A stretch of DNA of 64,000 nt, taken from Candidatus Latescibacterota bacterium (lineage in GTDB: Bacteria; Latescibacterota; UBA2968; UBA8231). Location of the stretch: assembly GCA_965203175.1 (NCBI GenBank), contig OZ241867.1:1504001-1568000 (forward strand). The letters run 5' to 3'. The number at the start of each line of letters is the position of its first letter. Position 1 is the first letter of the stretch. A program made the translations under genes and the position numbers. Shown here piece after piece: positions 1-9,609 of this stretch. The notes beneath the pieces were generated by a model. The model had not been told where the DNA came from and ran no database searches. It saw nothing but the letters and a program-made list of their open reading frames with translations.

Positions 1-1
1 G

Positions 2-121
2 TGGGGCTTGCTCAACGCGCCCTTGATTGAAGAAGGGCACATCGCGCCCCCGGATGGGCCGGGTTGGGGTGCGGAGTGGGACGAGGAGAAGTTCAGTTCG
101 CTGGTGGCTGAAGAGCACTGA
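2..121 (+). CDS. C-terminal fragment of a mandelate racemase/enolase-superfamily protein (gene starts before the window)
   Basis: Frame 2 reads WGLLNAPLIEEGHIAPPDGPGWGAEWDEEKFSSLVAEEH*, matching the typical C-terminal ..GHI..P..PG.G.E.. of this family; compare the ends of the CDSs at 6560-7678 and 48889-50043. Confidence 0.7.
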   Translation, partial: WGLLNAPLIEEGHIAPPDGPGWGAEWDEEKFSSLVAEEH

Positions 122-133
122 GAAGGAGGACGC

Positions 134-994
134 ATGAAAAGCTGGCAACCCACCCAAGTCCAAGTCCGCTCCTGGGAGGAAAAGGGCTATTTCACAGTGT
201 CTGGGGTCGCAACCGCCGACCAAGCGGCGGAGATGCGCGGAGTGATCAAGAACGTCCTGTACACGCCCGAGCCCGAGAACGTGCGCACGGACGCCGACCC
301 CATGGACCCAATGGGCGCTGCACCCGAGGCGCGGGCGCAGCGCTTTCGCAAGTTCAACCGCTGGTGCCACACCGCGCCGCTAGTCTGGCACACGGTACAC
401 GCCGGGGCGATGGCACCGCTGGCGCAGTACTACTTGGGCGACGATATCCTGCTCAAGTTCAGCAGCGTCTTCGTCAAGCCGGCCAAGACCGGCGCGGCCA
501 CGCCTTGGCACCAAGACAACGGGCTGTGGCGCGATGGCGAGACCGAGCCGTTCAACTTTTGGATGGCCCTCGACCCAGCCAAACGCGAAAATGGCTGCCT
601 GCAGTTCATTCCAGGAAGCCACAAAACCGAGATCGTCGAGCACGTGCTCTACGCCGACAGCATCCACGGTGAGCTACCGAGGGAGCGGGTCACAGCCCTA
701 AAAGCTGAGCGCGGCGTCGAGCACATTGAGCTGGCACCAGGCGATGTCGTCTGCTGGCACAGCAGCATGTGGCACTACAGTCCGGTCAACGAGAGTCCTC
801 AGAGCCGGATCGGCATCGCTGGCGTCTATACCACGCCGGCCCTGGCCGACCGCTCGCCGCGCACTTGGGGCAATCTCCATTGGGTGCTGCGAAAAGGCGC
901 GTTGTGCCAGAATTTTCCGCCGGACGAATACGAAGTACATGGAGAAAACAAGTCGCCGCTCCAGCCATTTCCGCGAGCCGAACAACGTTCATAA
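134..994 (+). CDS. Phytanoyl-CoA dioxygenase (PhyH) family Fe/2OG oxygenase
   Basis: N-terminal W++.GY, TPWHQD, ENGCLQFIPGSH, GDVVCWHS..WHYS..N.S..SR; RBS AGGAGG upstream. Confidence 0.9.
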   Translation: MKSWQPTQVQVRSWEEKGYFTVSGVATADQAAEMRGVIKNVLYTPEPENVRTDADPMDPMGAAPEARAQRFRKFNRWCHTAPLVWHTVHAGAMAPLAQYYLGDDILLKFSSVFVKPAKTGAATPWHQDNGLWRDGETEPFNFWMALDPAKRENGCLQFIPGSHKTEIVEHVLYADSIHGELPRERVTALKAERGVEHIELAPGDVVCWHSSMWHYSPVNESPQSRIGIAGVYTTPALADRSPRTWGNLHWVLRKGALCQNFPPDEYEVHGENKSPLQPFPRAEQRS

Positions 995-1015
995 AACCAA
1001 AAGGGATTGCACAAG

Positions 1016-1936
1016 ATGAGCGAAGCATATGTAGTCGATAAGAATCTGGGGCAGCCGTTGCTGTTGGAGGAAGGCGACCTGCCGCAAAAAAACGCCGATG
1101 GCGAGCCGGTCGTCGCGCTGACCGACGAGCAGAAATACCTCTTCGATGTTCACGGGTGGCTCTTGGTGCCCGGGGTCTTGGCCGACGACGAGATTGAAGC
1201 CATGCGCGAGTACGCCTTGCGCGTGCAGAACCACCCGGAGTCACTTCCGGAACACGAGCGTTCCCTTGTCGCTGGGCCGCTGGAGAAGCTGACCGATCAT
1301 CCGGTTGTAGTGGGTTTCCTCAACGAATTTCTGGCGTTCCCAGGGCTGTCGAGCACCGAGTGCTACGGGTTTAGGATGGAGGGCAGCAACTTGCGCAACC
1401 CAGCGGCGACCCCCGACCGAGAGGGCGTTTTCAACCCGCACAATGGCAGCGGCTTCTTCCGCTTTGCCGTGGATTCGCACCACTACCAGAGCATTCCCGG
1501 CAAGTCCTTCAGCGGGTTGACGCGAGTGGTGTGGGAACTGGCTCCAGTCAAAATGCGGCAAGGCGGCACGCTCTTAGCCACGGGGAGCCACAAGGCTGCA
1601 TACCCCTCTCCCGAATCGATTCAGGACCCGCATTCGGCCGTGTGGGAAACATACGAGTGCCCGGCTGGGTCCGTGCTGTTTTTTACCGAGGCGCTCGCGC
1701 ACAGCACCTCGCCGTGGACCAATGCCGACAACGAGCGGGTGGGAATCTTTAACCTCTATAATAGCGTTGGCTCGCGCTGGAGTTCGTGGTTGCCGCCGGC
1801 CGAACTCGTCGCGCAGATGCCGCCGATGCGGCAGACCCTATTTCGCGGCACGTACTGCGCCGACAACGTACCGGGCTTTCGCTACGGCGGCCAAAACCAG
1901 CGGGACCGGCCGGTCGCCAAAAAGGAAAGCGACTGA
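1016..1936 (+). CDS. PhyH-family dioxygenase with atypical H-N-G metal motif
   Basis: LTDEQKYLFDVHGWL, PHNG, GGTLLATGSHK, GSVLFFTEALAHS; ATG at 1016 preferred over the longer ORF start at 1007. Confidence 0.8.
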   Translation: MSEAYVVDKNLGQPLLLEEGDLPQKNADGEPVVALTDEQKYLFDVHGWLLVPGVLADDEIEAMREYALRVQNHPESLPEHERSLVAGPLEKLTDHPVVVGFLNEFLAFPGLSSTECYGFRMEGSNLRNPAATPDREGVFNPHNGSGFFRFAVDSHHYQSIPGKSFSGLTRVVWELAPVKMRQGGTLLATGSHKAAYPSPESIQDPHSAVWETYECPAGSVLFFTEALAHSTSPWTNADNERVGIFNLYNSVGSRWSSWLPPAELVAQMPPMRQTLFRGTYCADNVPGFRYGGQNQRDRPVAKKESD

Positions 1937-2949
1937 TGTATATCCAAGACCAAGTTTCCATCGGCGAACTCGACGCCGAGCATCTGAGCTTCTTTCGCGC
2001 GATTGGGGTGGACTCGATCCATCTGGACTTGCGCGGGGGCGCGCCCGCCGCCGGGCGTCGGGGTGGCACCGGCTCGGCGAATACGTCGCTGGCACAGGAT
2101 ATAAAGGCCGGCAAGGACTGCACCGATGCATTGGCGCAGGCGCGGGAAAAGGTCGAGGCGCACGGCATGAAGCTGAACAATATCTTCATGCCCGCTTGGG
2201 AGGAGATCACCTTGGCCGAAGAGGACATGGACGAGAAGATCGGCCACTGGTGCAAGATGCTGGAGAGCGTGGGCCAAGCCGGCATTGCCTGCGTGGGCTG
2301 GAACTTTAAACCCATGGGCAATTTTCGCACCCCTGCGGATACGGGTAGGGGCGGCGTGCAATACAGTACGTTCGACTACGCAGTTTTTGCGAAAAACCGG
2401 CCCGAACCGCACGACCCGCCAGTGGACGAGGCGCAGATGTGGGCGCGGATGGAGCGATTTTTAGCGGCGGCGATCCCCGCGGCCGAAAAGGCGGGTGTAC
2501 GGATGGCCCTGCACCCGGACGACCCGCCGATTCCCGAGCCGCTAGGGGGCGTGGCGCAGATTTGTTCGACCCTAGAGCAGTTCCGCAAGATCTTCTTCGA
2601 GATCGCGCCGAGCGACAGCAATTGCATGCTCTTTTGCCAAGGGTGCATGACCGAGTTGCTGGGGCCAGAAAAGATCTACGATGCGATCGCCGAGATGGCT
2701 GCAAAGGACAAGATCGCGTGGGTGCATTTCCGCAATGTGCGCGGGCAGTTGCCGCGATTTACCGAGGTGTTCTTAGACGAGGGAGAGGTGGATATGCGGC
2801 GAGCGATGGAGGTGTATCGGGATAATGGTTTCAATGGGCCGTATATGATGGATCATACGCCGTCCTTTGCGCATGGGTACGGGTCGTTGTACGGGAAGGC
2901 GTATGCGATTGGGTATATTCGAGCGTTGATCCAGATGGTGTACGGGTGA
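1936..2949 (+). CDS. uxuA: Mannonate dehydratase (UxuA)-like protein
   Basis: PAAEKAGVRMALHPDDPP, FCQG, VHFRNVRG, EVFLDEG, MMDHTP, AYAIGYIRALIQ; ATG overlaps the upstream TGA (TGATG). Confidence 0.85.
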   Translation: MYIQDQVSIGELDAEHLSFFRAIGVDSIHLDLRGGAPAAGRRGGTGSANTSLAQDIKAGKDCTDALAQAREKVEAHGMKLNNIFMPAWEEITLAEEDMDEKIGHWCKMLESVGQAGIACVGWNFKPMGNFRTPADTGRGGVQYSTFDYAVFAKNRPEPHDPPVDEAQMWARMERFLAAAIPAAEKAGVRMALHPDDPPIPEPLGGVAQICSTLEQFRKIFFEIAPSDSNCMLFCQGCMTELLGPEKIYDAIAEMAAKDKIAWVHFRNVRGQLPRFTEVFLDEGEVDMRRAMEVYRDNGFNGPYMMDHTPSFAHGYGSLYGKAYAIGYIRALIQMVYG

Positions 2950-2986
2950 ATCGGGTGTAAACGCAGGACGACTTGGAGGAGAGACT

Positions 2987-3847
2987 ATGCCAGTATTGAG
3001 CAAAGAAGATCGGGCCTTCTGGGAGGAGAACGGCTATGTAATCGTCCACAACGCCGTGCCCCAGGAAAACTTGGACGCGATGGTAGCGGCGATCTGGGAA
3101 TTTCTGGAGATGGACCCAGAATGCGAAGAGGATTGGTACAAGTACCAGCCCTATACCCGCGACAATCGGTGCTCGCCGATATCAGCGGCGGGCATGGTCG
3201 AAATCTACCAGCACCAAGCCTTGTGGGATAATCGGCAGTACCCCAAGGTGCATCAGGCTTTTGCCGAGATCTGGGGCGAGGAGAAACTGTGGGTCTCGCT
3301 GGACCGGGCCAATATGAAACCGCCAGCGCGCGAGGATCGGCCCGAATGGTGCAACAAGGGGATGATTCACTGGGACGTCGATACGGCACAGCAGCCGGTG
3401 TCCTTTGGGGTGCAAGGGGTGCTGTATTTGACGGATACGGCAGAGGACCAAGGCGGCTTCCAGTGCGTACCCGGCTTTCACCGGATGTTCGACGAATGGG
3501 TCAAGACTCAGCCGGCGGATCGCAATACGCGCAAACCCGATCTAACAGAGCTGACGGTCGAATCGATTGCGGGCCAAGCCGGAGACCTGCTGATCTGGCA
3601 TCGGTTGTTGGCCCACGGCAACGGCCACAATCGGTCCGATCGTCCGCGATTGGCGCAGTATATCACCATGAAGCCAGCACCTGCAGACGCAGAAGCCACA
3701 CGCCAGGAGCGGATCACGGCTTGGCAGGAGCGGCGACCGACGCCCCGCTGGCCCGGCGATGAGCGAGATTGGGAACACCAGCATCAGCAGCCAGCCAAGT
3801 TAACTTCCCTAGGACGGAAGCTCTTGGGAGCAGATCCGTGGAATTAA
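2987..3847 (+). CDS. PhyH-family dioxygenase
   Basis: FWEENGY, IHWD, QGVLYLTDT, GGFQCVPGFH, GDLLIWHRLLAHG..N.S.RPR. Confidence 0.9.
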   Translation: MPVLSKEDRAFWEENGYVIVHNAVPQENLDAMVAAIWEFLEMDPECEEDWYKYQPYTRDNRCSPISAAGMVEIYQHQALWDNRQYPKVHQAFAEIWGEEKLWVSLDRANMKPPAREDRPEWCNKGMIHWDVDTAQQPVSFGVQGVLYLTDTAEDQGGFQCVPGFHRMFDEWVKTQPADRNTRKPDLTELTVESIAGQAGDLLIWHRLLAHGNGHNRSDRPRLAQYITMKPAPADAEATRQERITAWQERRPTPRWPGDERDWEHQHQQPAKLTSLGRKLLGADPWN

Positions 3848-3871
3848 AACAGACCTTTAAGGAGCGATTCA

Positions 3872-4753
3872 ATGAGTAAGAAAATCAACCGCGCCGTCGA
3901 ACTCCTCGCCGAGGATCAGCCCATCTACTACACAGGTGCCCACGCCGGACACGTGCTGACCTACGAACAGGGCAAAGAGGACGCTGCAACTTGGGCCGAC
4001 TACATCAACGTCGGAATGGAACACGGCTCGTTCGACATGACCGGACTAGATGAGTACTTGCGCGGCTTAATCGCCGGCGGGCCAACCCGCAGCGGGCACC
4101 GAACTCCGGCGATCATCGTCGAGGCCCCAGTCGAGGGCCGATCCGAGGAGATCGTCCGCTACAACGCTTGGCAGTTTCGGCAGATCCTAGGCCGAGGCGC
4201 ACACGGAATTCTGCTTTGCCAAGCCGAATCGGCCGGGGCCGTCCGGGCCTTTGTCGAGTCGTGCCGTTATCCTATCAACACCATCGGCGTCGGTGCCGAG
4301 TTGGGCCAAGGTACGCGCGGCGTTGGCTCAGAAGGGGTGTGTGCAGGCGTGTGGGGCGCGAGCCGCGACGAGTATCTAACCAAGGCCGATCCTTGGCCGC
4401 TCAATCCAGAAGGCGAGTTGCTGTTGGGGCTGAAGATCGAGTCGGTGGCGGCCCTGCCCCACATCGAGGAAATCCTGTCCGTACCGGGGATCGGCTTTGC
4501 CGAAATGGGTCCGGGCGATTTGAGCATTTCGCTGGGGTATCGGACGATGCCGCAGCCGTGGCCCGCAGAGATGCAGGAGACGCACGAGCGGGTCAAGGCG
4601 GCGTGCCGGCAAAACGGCGTGGCCTTTTTGGACGGGTCCACACCCGAGACGGTTGCGGAGAAAATTGACGCTGGGGCGCGCGTGTTCTCAGGGGGAAATG
4701 AAGAAACAGCCCGAGTAGGGCGAGCGCACACTCAGCGAAAGATGCCGGCGTAG
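3872..4753 (+). CDS. HpcH/HpaI aldolase/citrate lyase family protein (divergent)
   Basis: GMEHG, GAHGILL, CRYP...GTRG, LKIES, SVPGI.F...GPGDLS.S.G. Confidence 0.8.
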   Translation: MSKKINRAVELLAEDQPIYYTGAHAGHVLTYEQGKEDAATWADYINVGMEHGSFDMTGLDEYLRGLIAGGPTRSGHRTPAIIVEAPVEGRSEEIVRYNAWQFRQILGRGAHGILLCQAESAGAVRAFVESCRYPINTIGVGAELGQGTRGVGSEGVCAGVWGASRDEYLTKADPWPLNPEGELLLGLKIESVAALPHIEEILSVPGIGFAEMGPGDLSISLGYRTMPQPWPAEMQETHERVKAACRQNGVAFLDGSTPETVAEKIDAGARVFSGGNEETARVGRAHTQRKMPA

Positions 4754-4754
4754 C

Positions 4755-6479
4755 ATGACGGGCGACAACAAGAAGCTCCGCAGTGCGGGGTGGTTTGGCG
4801 ACGAGTGGCACCAGGGGTTTGTATCCCGAGGCTGGACCAAAAACCAAGGCCATCCCGAGCAGATGTTCGATGGCCGACCCGTGATCGGGATCTGCAACAC
4901 GTGGTCGGACTTGAATCCTTGCAACGCCCATCTGCGGATCTTGGCCGAGCAGGTCAAGCGCGGGGTGTACGAGGCCGGGGGCTTTCCGCTCGAATTTCCG
5001 GTTACCTCGCTCGGCGAGACGCTGATGAAGCCGACGACCATGCTCTACCGCAACTTGGCGAGTATGGACGTGGAGGAAAGCATCCGCGCCAATCCGCTCG
5101 ACGGAGTGGTGCTGCTAACTAGCTGCGACAAAACGACGCCAGCCTGTCTGATGGGAGCGGCGAGCGTAGATTTGCCAACCATTGCGGTGACGGGCGGGCC
5201 GATGCTCAACGGCAAGTTCCGCAATGAGAATATCGGCTCTGGCACAGATGTCTATCGCTTTACCACCGAGCTGCGGGCCGGGAGCATCTCGCGCTTGGAT
5301 TACCTAGAGGCCGAGGCCGGGATTTCGCGCTCGGACGGCCACTGCATGACCATGGGCACGGCCTCGACAATGGCCTGCATGGTCGAGACTGTCGGTCTGA
5401 CGCTGCCGAGCGGCGCGGCGATCCCAGGGCCGGATGCGCGGCGCAAGCGCTTGGGGCATCTGGCGGGCAATCGCATCGTCGAGATGGTGAGAGAAGACTT
5501 GCGCATGTCGCGCATTTTGACGCGACCAGCCATAGAAAACGCCATCAAAGTCAACGCCGCGCTGGGCGGTTCGACCAACTTCGTGGTGCATCTGTTGGCC
5601 ATCGCCGGGCGGCTCGGCGTCGAGTTGGAACTGGACGACTTCGACCGCTTGGGCAGCCGCATGCCGCACTTGGTCAACCTAATGCCCTCGGGCGAATATC
5701 TGATGGAGGACTTCTTCTACGCCGGGGGTTTGCCCGCCGTGATCCAAGAGCTGAAAGAACATCTGCACATGGATACCTTGACGGTGACGGGCAAGACGCT
5801 CGGCGAAAATACCTCGGGTGCCCAATGCTACAACAGAGCGGTCATCGCCGCGATTGACAAGCCGCTCAAGGAGGCGGCTGGGATCGCCGTACTCCGGGGC
5901 AATCTCTGCCCGGATGGGGCGATTATCAAGCCGTCGGCCGCCTCGCCCGAGCTGATGCAGCATTGCGGACGAGCCGTGGTGTTCGAAAGTATAGAAGACT
6001 ATCGGGAGCGGATTGACGATCCCAATCTCGACGTGGACAGAGACAGCGTACTGGTCTTGAAGGGCATCGGCCCCAAAGGTTTTCCCGGTATGCCCGAAGC
6101 CGGGAAGTTCGGATTGCCCAAGAAGCTGTTGCAGCAGGGCGTGCGCGACATGGTTTGCATCTCGGACGGACGGATGAGCGGCACGGCCTACGGCACAGTG
6201 ATTCTGCACGTCGCGCCCGAAGCCGCCGTGGGCGGCCCGCTGGCCTTGGTGCAGGACGGCGACCTGATCGAGTTGGACGTGGAAAAGCGGTCGTTGAACA
6301 TGGCCTTGCCCGACGAGGAGCTACAAAAAAGGCGGCAAGCGTGGACGCCGCCCGCGCCGGTCGTCACACGGGGATATGCCGGCCTGTATGTCAAGCACGT
6401 GCTCCAAGCCGACAAGGGCGCTGACTTGGACATCTTGGTCGGCGGTTCCGGGCCGGATGTCTATCGGGAGCCGAGGTAG
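4755..6479 (+). CDS. IlvD/Edd-family dihydroxy-acid/sugar-acid dehydratase (arabinonate/xylonate dehydratase-like)
   Basis: [52 protein letters not shown]. Confidence 0.92.
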   Translation: MTGDNKKLRSAGWFGDEWHQGFVSRGWTKNQGHPEQMFDGRPVIGICNTWSDLNPCNAHLRILAEQVKRGVYEAGGFPLEFPVTSLGETLMKPTTMLYRNLASMDVEESIRANPLDGVVLLTSCDKTTPACLMGAASVDLPTIAVTGGPMLNGKFRNENIGSGTDVYRFTTELRAGSISRLDYLEAEAGISRSDGHCMTMGTASTMACMVETVGLTLPSGAAIPGPDARRKRLGHLAGNRIVEMVREDLRMSRILTRPAIENAIKVNAALGGSTNFVVHLLAIAGRLGVELELDDFDRLGSRMPHLVNLMPSGEYLMEDFFYAGGLPAVIQELKEHLHMDTLTVTGKTLGENTSGAQCYNRAVIAAIDKPLKEAAGIAVLRGNLCPDGAIIKPSAASPELMQHCGRAVVFESIEDYRERIDDPNLDVDRDSVLVLKGIGPKGFPGMPEAGKFGLPKKLLQQGVRDMVCISDGRMSGTAYGTVILHVAPEAAVGGPLALVQDGDLIELDVEKRSLNMALPDEELQKRRQAWTPPAPVVTRGYAGLYVKHVLQADKGADLDILVGGSGPDVYREPR

Positions 6480-6559
6480 TTAGCTACCGCTGCTGAGTAC
6501 GGCTATAGCCTCGACTTCGACGAGTAGATCCGTCTCAGAACTTTATTCTTGCACTGGTA

Positions 6560-7678
6560 TTACTGCCAGAGCGGCTCCCCGTCCTCCATCATACTCTGCA
6601 AAAACACCTCGTTCAGATCCACTCCCAGCCCCGGCTTTTCGTTCAGCACTACGTGCCCTTCCTGAATCACCGGCTCGTCGGCGAGAACCACGTCATTCCA
6701 AGTCGGGTCGTCGTAGCGATGGAATTCCAAGGCGAGAAAATTGGGCACACTGGCGCAGACGTGGGCGTCGGCCACGGTGCTCAAGGCGCTGGAATTGTTG
6801 TGCGGGGCAAAGGGGATGTAGTAGGTCTCGGCCATGTTGGCGATCTTGCGACACTCCGATAGGCCACCGCACTTGGAAATGTCGGGCATGATGATATCGA
6901 CCGCCTGCTGTTCGAGCATGTCGCGGAAACCGTAGCGCAAATAAGCGTTCTCTCCGGCGCAGATCGGGGTGCGGGTCGAGTCGGTGATGCGCTTGAGGGC
7001 GTCGATATTCTCGGGCGGCACCGGCTCTTCGAGCCACATCAGATTCAGGCCCTCGAGCGCGTGGGCGAACTTCATCCCAGCGGTGGCGTCGTAGCGCCCG
7101 TGCAGGTCAATGGCCAAGTCCATGTGGGGGCCGACGGCCTCGCGGATCTGGTGCGCTTGGTCGACTAGATCCTCCAGCTCGGCAGGGGCCACAGACCAGT
7201 TCCAAGGATCGAGCTTTTCCGGGTGGCTCGCGTCGTCGAGATCAAACTTAATCGCGGTAAAGCCTTTTGCACGCGCGTCCTCGGCGCGCTCTTTGTAGTC
7301 CGAATGGGCGCTATCGACGTACAGGCGCACCCGGTCGCGGAACTTGCCGCCCAAGAGCCGGTAAACGGGTATGCCTTGGGCCTTGCCAGCCAAGTCCCAA
7401 AGCGCGACTTCAAGGCCGGTCAGCGCCGAAATCGCCAAGCCGGACATGCCGCCGCGGAAGATGTAACTGCGGCGGATGCCTTCAAAGAGCGCATCGACAT
7501 CGCGCGGGTCTTGGCCGATGAGCTGAGCGGCCATGGTCTGGGTGGAGCCGCGCCAGCCGCCATCGACGTGGCTGGCCTCGCCGGTGCCGTACATGCCCTC
7601 GTCGGTGTGGATGCGGACGTAACGGTAGAGATAGTGGTTTACGCGCACTTGAGCGGTTTTGACATCCGTGATCTTCAA
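6560..7678 (-). CDS. Mandelate racemase/muconate-lactonizing enzyme family (galactonate dehydratase-like)
   Basis: ALWDLAGKAQGIPVYRLLGG, AIKFD, IDLHGR, WLEEP, GEN, MPDISKCGGL, APHN; TTG start. Confidence 0.9.
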   Translation of the reverse strand: MKITDVKTAQVRVNHYLYRYVRIHTDEGMYGTGEASHVDGGWRGSTQTMAAQLIGQDPRDVDALFEGIRRSYIFRGGMSGLAISALTGLEVALWDLAGKAQGIPVYRLLGGKFRDRVRLYVDSAHSDYKERAEDARAKGFTAIKFDLDDASHPEKLDPWNWSVAPAELEDLVDQAHQIREAVGPHMDLAIDLHGRYDATAGMKFAHALEGLNLMWLEEPVPPENIDALKRITDSTRTPICAGENAYLRYGFRDMLEQQAVDIIMPDISKCGGLSECRKIANMAETYYIPFAPHNNSSALSTVADAHVCASVPNFLALEFHRYDDPTWNDVVLADEPVIQEGHVVLNEKPGLGVDLNEVFLQSMMEDGEPLWQ

Positions 7679-7693
7679 TGGAGACCCTTTCTT

Positions 7694-8371
7694 CTATATG
7701 TACAGTTGGCCGATGGCGCGCGTGGCCGCGTCGCAGTACCAGAGCACGCCCTCGTGGATGGTCAGCCCGTGAACTTCGGTGGGGACCTCGACGCGGACCA
7801 CCTCCCAGATGCGCCCGTCTTCGGGATCGAGGCGGTTGATGGTGCCGGCCGAGGTGTCGGCGACCCAGAGGGTGCCGTCGTCAGCCCAAGCTAAGCCGTG
7901 AACCCGAAGACCGGGGACGCGAAAGGAATGAACTTCCTCCCAAGTGTCAGCATCTATCACGTGAACGAATTGCGAAGGCGGCGAAGCCACGTACACCTTG
8001 CCGTCCTTCCACTCGAGGCCGTGAGCCCCCGTGACGCGGCCATTCTCCTGGTCGGCGACCCAAGCGACGACGCCATTGCCGGGCGAATCTAGCTTGGCAA
8101 TGGTCTGGCCCGTAGCCGGATCGAGGCGGGCGATCTTGAGTTCAAAGGTCGAAGCGATCCACAGCGATCCGTCGCCGAGCGTAATGCCGCTGGAGTGTGC
8201 GGTATCGGTCTGGGCTTCAAAGAGGACTTCGCCGCTGTCGTAGTCGAATTTGTAGATCTTGAGGTCCACTTGGTCGATGCACCAGAGGCCGTCGGGCGCG
8301 GCTTGCAGTCCGTTGGGCTGGGGTCCGGGGCATTTGAAACGCTCTTCAACGCGGGCGATTTGGACGGTCAT
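7694..8371 (-). CDS. Beta-propeller repeat protein (glutamine cyclotransferase/Vgb/SMP-30-like)
   Basis: Repeated blades PNGL..W, SGIT..LW, HGLEW..VY, HGLAW..LW, HGLT..LW. Confidence 0.7.
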   Translation of the reverse strand: MTVQIARVEERFKCPGPQPNGLQAAPDGLWCIDQVDLKIYKFDYDSGEVLFEAQTDTAHSSGITLGDGSLWIASTFELKIARLDPATGQTIAKLDSPGNGVVAWVADQENGRVTGAHGLEWKDGKVYVASPPSQFVHVIDADTWEEVHSFRVPGLRVHGLAWADDGTLWVADTSAGTINRLDPEDGRIWEVVRVEVPTEVHGLTIHEGVLWYCDAATRAIGQLYI

Positions 8372-8400
8372 AGAATTGCTTTCTTTGCTAGGGGTTGGGA

Positions 8401-9180
8401 TTAGGCCGGCAGGCCCATGAGGTAGTTCCAGTTCTGACGGCGAATGGCGCGCTCCTTGTAGTGGTCACTCTGGGATACGCCTAGCGGATTGGTGAAGTTG
8501 AGGATGTTGGTCACGTCCTCGGCCCGGTCGCGCTCGTTCCAGTCGGCGGGCTTGTTGGCCGCCTCGGGGTCGTGATTCCAAGTGGGTGCTGTGTTGTCCT
8601 GAGTGCGGCGAAAGAGGAACTTGATCATGTGGCGCTTGTGCGGCGAGCGGTTGGCCGCGGTGCCGTGCCAGAGGTCGTAGTGCGTAAAAGCCACGGTACC
8701 GGCCTTGACCACGAGCGGCACTTGGCCGCGGATGTTGGTGTACGTGGCCATGCGGTCCGTCGGCGCGTTGCGGAACTGGGTGCCGGGGACGATGATCGTC
8801 GGCCCCATGTCGGGCGTGACATCGGTCGGGTAGTACAGCCCAAGAAAGCGGTTGAGCAGCACGTCGCGGTTGTTGAGGCCGTCTTGGTGCCAGTTCATGT
8901 GCGGAGAGTTCGGCTGCTTGCAGTGCCAGTGGCGATGCGACTGCACCTCGTAGTCCGGGCCGAGCAGGCTGACGAGCGCGCCTGTGACGGCCGGATGGTC
9001 GAGCACTTGCCAGAGCTCGGGCACGGCTTCGGTGATGGCGTCGCCGGGATTGTAGTCCAAAGCGTCGAGTTGGGCAGCGATGGACTCGTTGAGCCCGGCG
9101 GGCAATTCCGGCTCGACGAGGTGGTAGCCGGTGACGAGGAAACGGGCTACTTCGGCGTCGCTGAGCAGATGCTCATTCAT
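8401..9180 (-). CDS. PhyH-family dioxygenase
   Basis: LLSDAEVARFLVTGY, NWHQD, YYPTDV..DMGPT, AGTVAFTHYDLWHG; start MNEH at 9180 overlaps the upstream gene. Confidence 0.85.
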   Translation of the reverse strand: MNEHLLSDAEVARFLVTGYHLVEPELPAGLNESIAAQLDALDYNPGDAITEAVPELWQVLDHPAVTGALVSLLGPDYEVQSHRHWHCKQPNSPHMNWHQDGLNNRDVLLNRFLGLYYPTDVTPDMGPTIIVPGTQFRNAPTDRMATYTNIRGQVPLVVKAGTVAFTHYDLWHGTAANRSPHKRHMIKFLFRRTQDNTAPTWNHDPEAANKPADWNERDRAEDVTNILNFTNPLGVSQSDHYKERAIRRQNWNYLMGLPA

Positions 9181-9457
9181 CGGCGATAACCTCCATTTTC
9201 TGCAGGATGAATTCATAGCCAATCACGTCCAACTCCCTGTCGTCGAACGGAGCTTGTAGGTGGGGGAATTGGACGATTTGCCAGCCGTCCACTACGGCGT
9301 CGTGTACGGTTGCGTAGGGCCAATCGGGTGCTGATTCAGCGTGGATTTCGGGCGCAAAGCCCGCGACCGGCTCAATGAGCGTTAGGCCGATGATGTTGGA
9401 CATGACGCTAGGAGTGCGCGCCTGCAGGTAGAGCAGGCGTTGGCGGGGTGCGTCCAT
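9173..9457 (-). CDS. Small hypothetical protein (about 94 aa), translationally coupled to the PhyH gene
   Basis: RQRLLYL...PYATVHDAVVDGWQIVQFP...GYEFILQK; stop overlaps the PhyH start by 8 nt; host-like codon usage. Confidence 0.7.
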   Translation of the reverse strand: MDAPRQRLLYLQARTPSVMSNIIGLTLIEPVAGFAPEIHAESAPDWPYATVHDAVVDGWQIVQFPHLQAPFDDRELDVIGYEFILQKMEVIADE

Positions 9458-9540
9458 CGGGGTTGAATTACTCCTGTCGTGCGGGGTGTACAACGCGGCG
9501 TTAATATAGAACGACCGTGCTTTGTAGCCAATGACGCCTC

Positions 9541-9569
9541 TTGATAGTAACTCCTCTCTTCCTTAGCTT
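9541..9569 (+). promoter_or_regulatory. Putative sigma70 promoter for the aldo/keto reductase-aldolase pair
   Basis: TTGATA-17 nt-TAGCTT in a divergent intergenic region, followed by RBS GAGGAG. Confidence 0.45.
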
Positions 9570-9609
9570 GCCCTGCCGCATGGAATTCTACTAGAGGAGA
9601 AAATATAAG

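Noticed and set aside
6489-6548. Weak gapped similarity to 17746-17803, and GCTRCTAG-like words after several stop codons (11391, 17746, 29785)
   Set aside because: The alignment needs several gaps and the words are too short to separate from chance without a statistical test.
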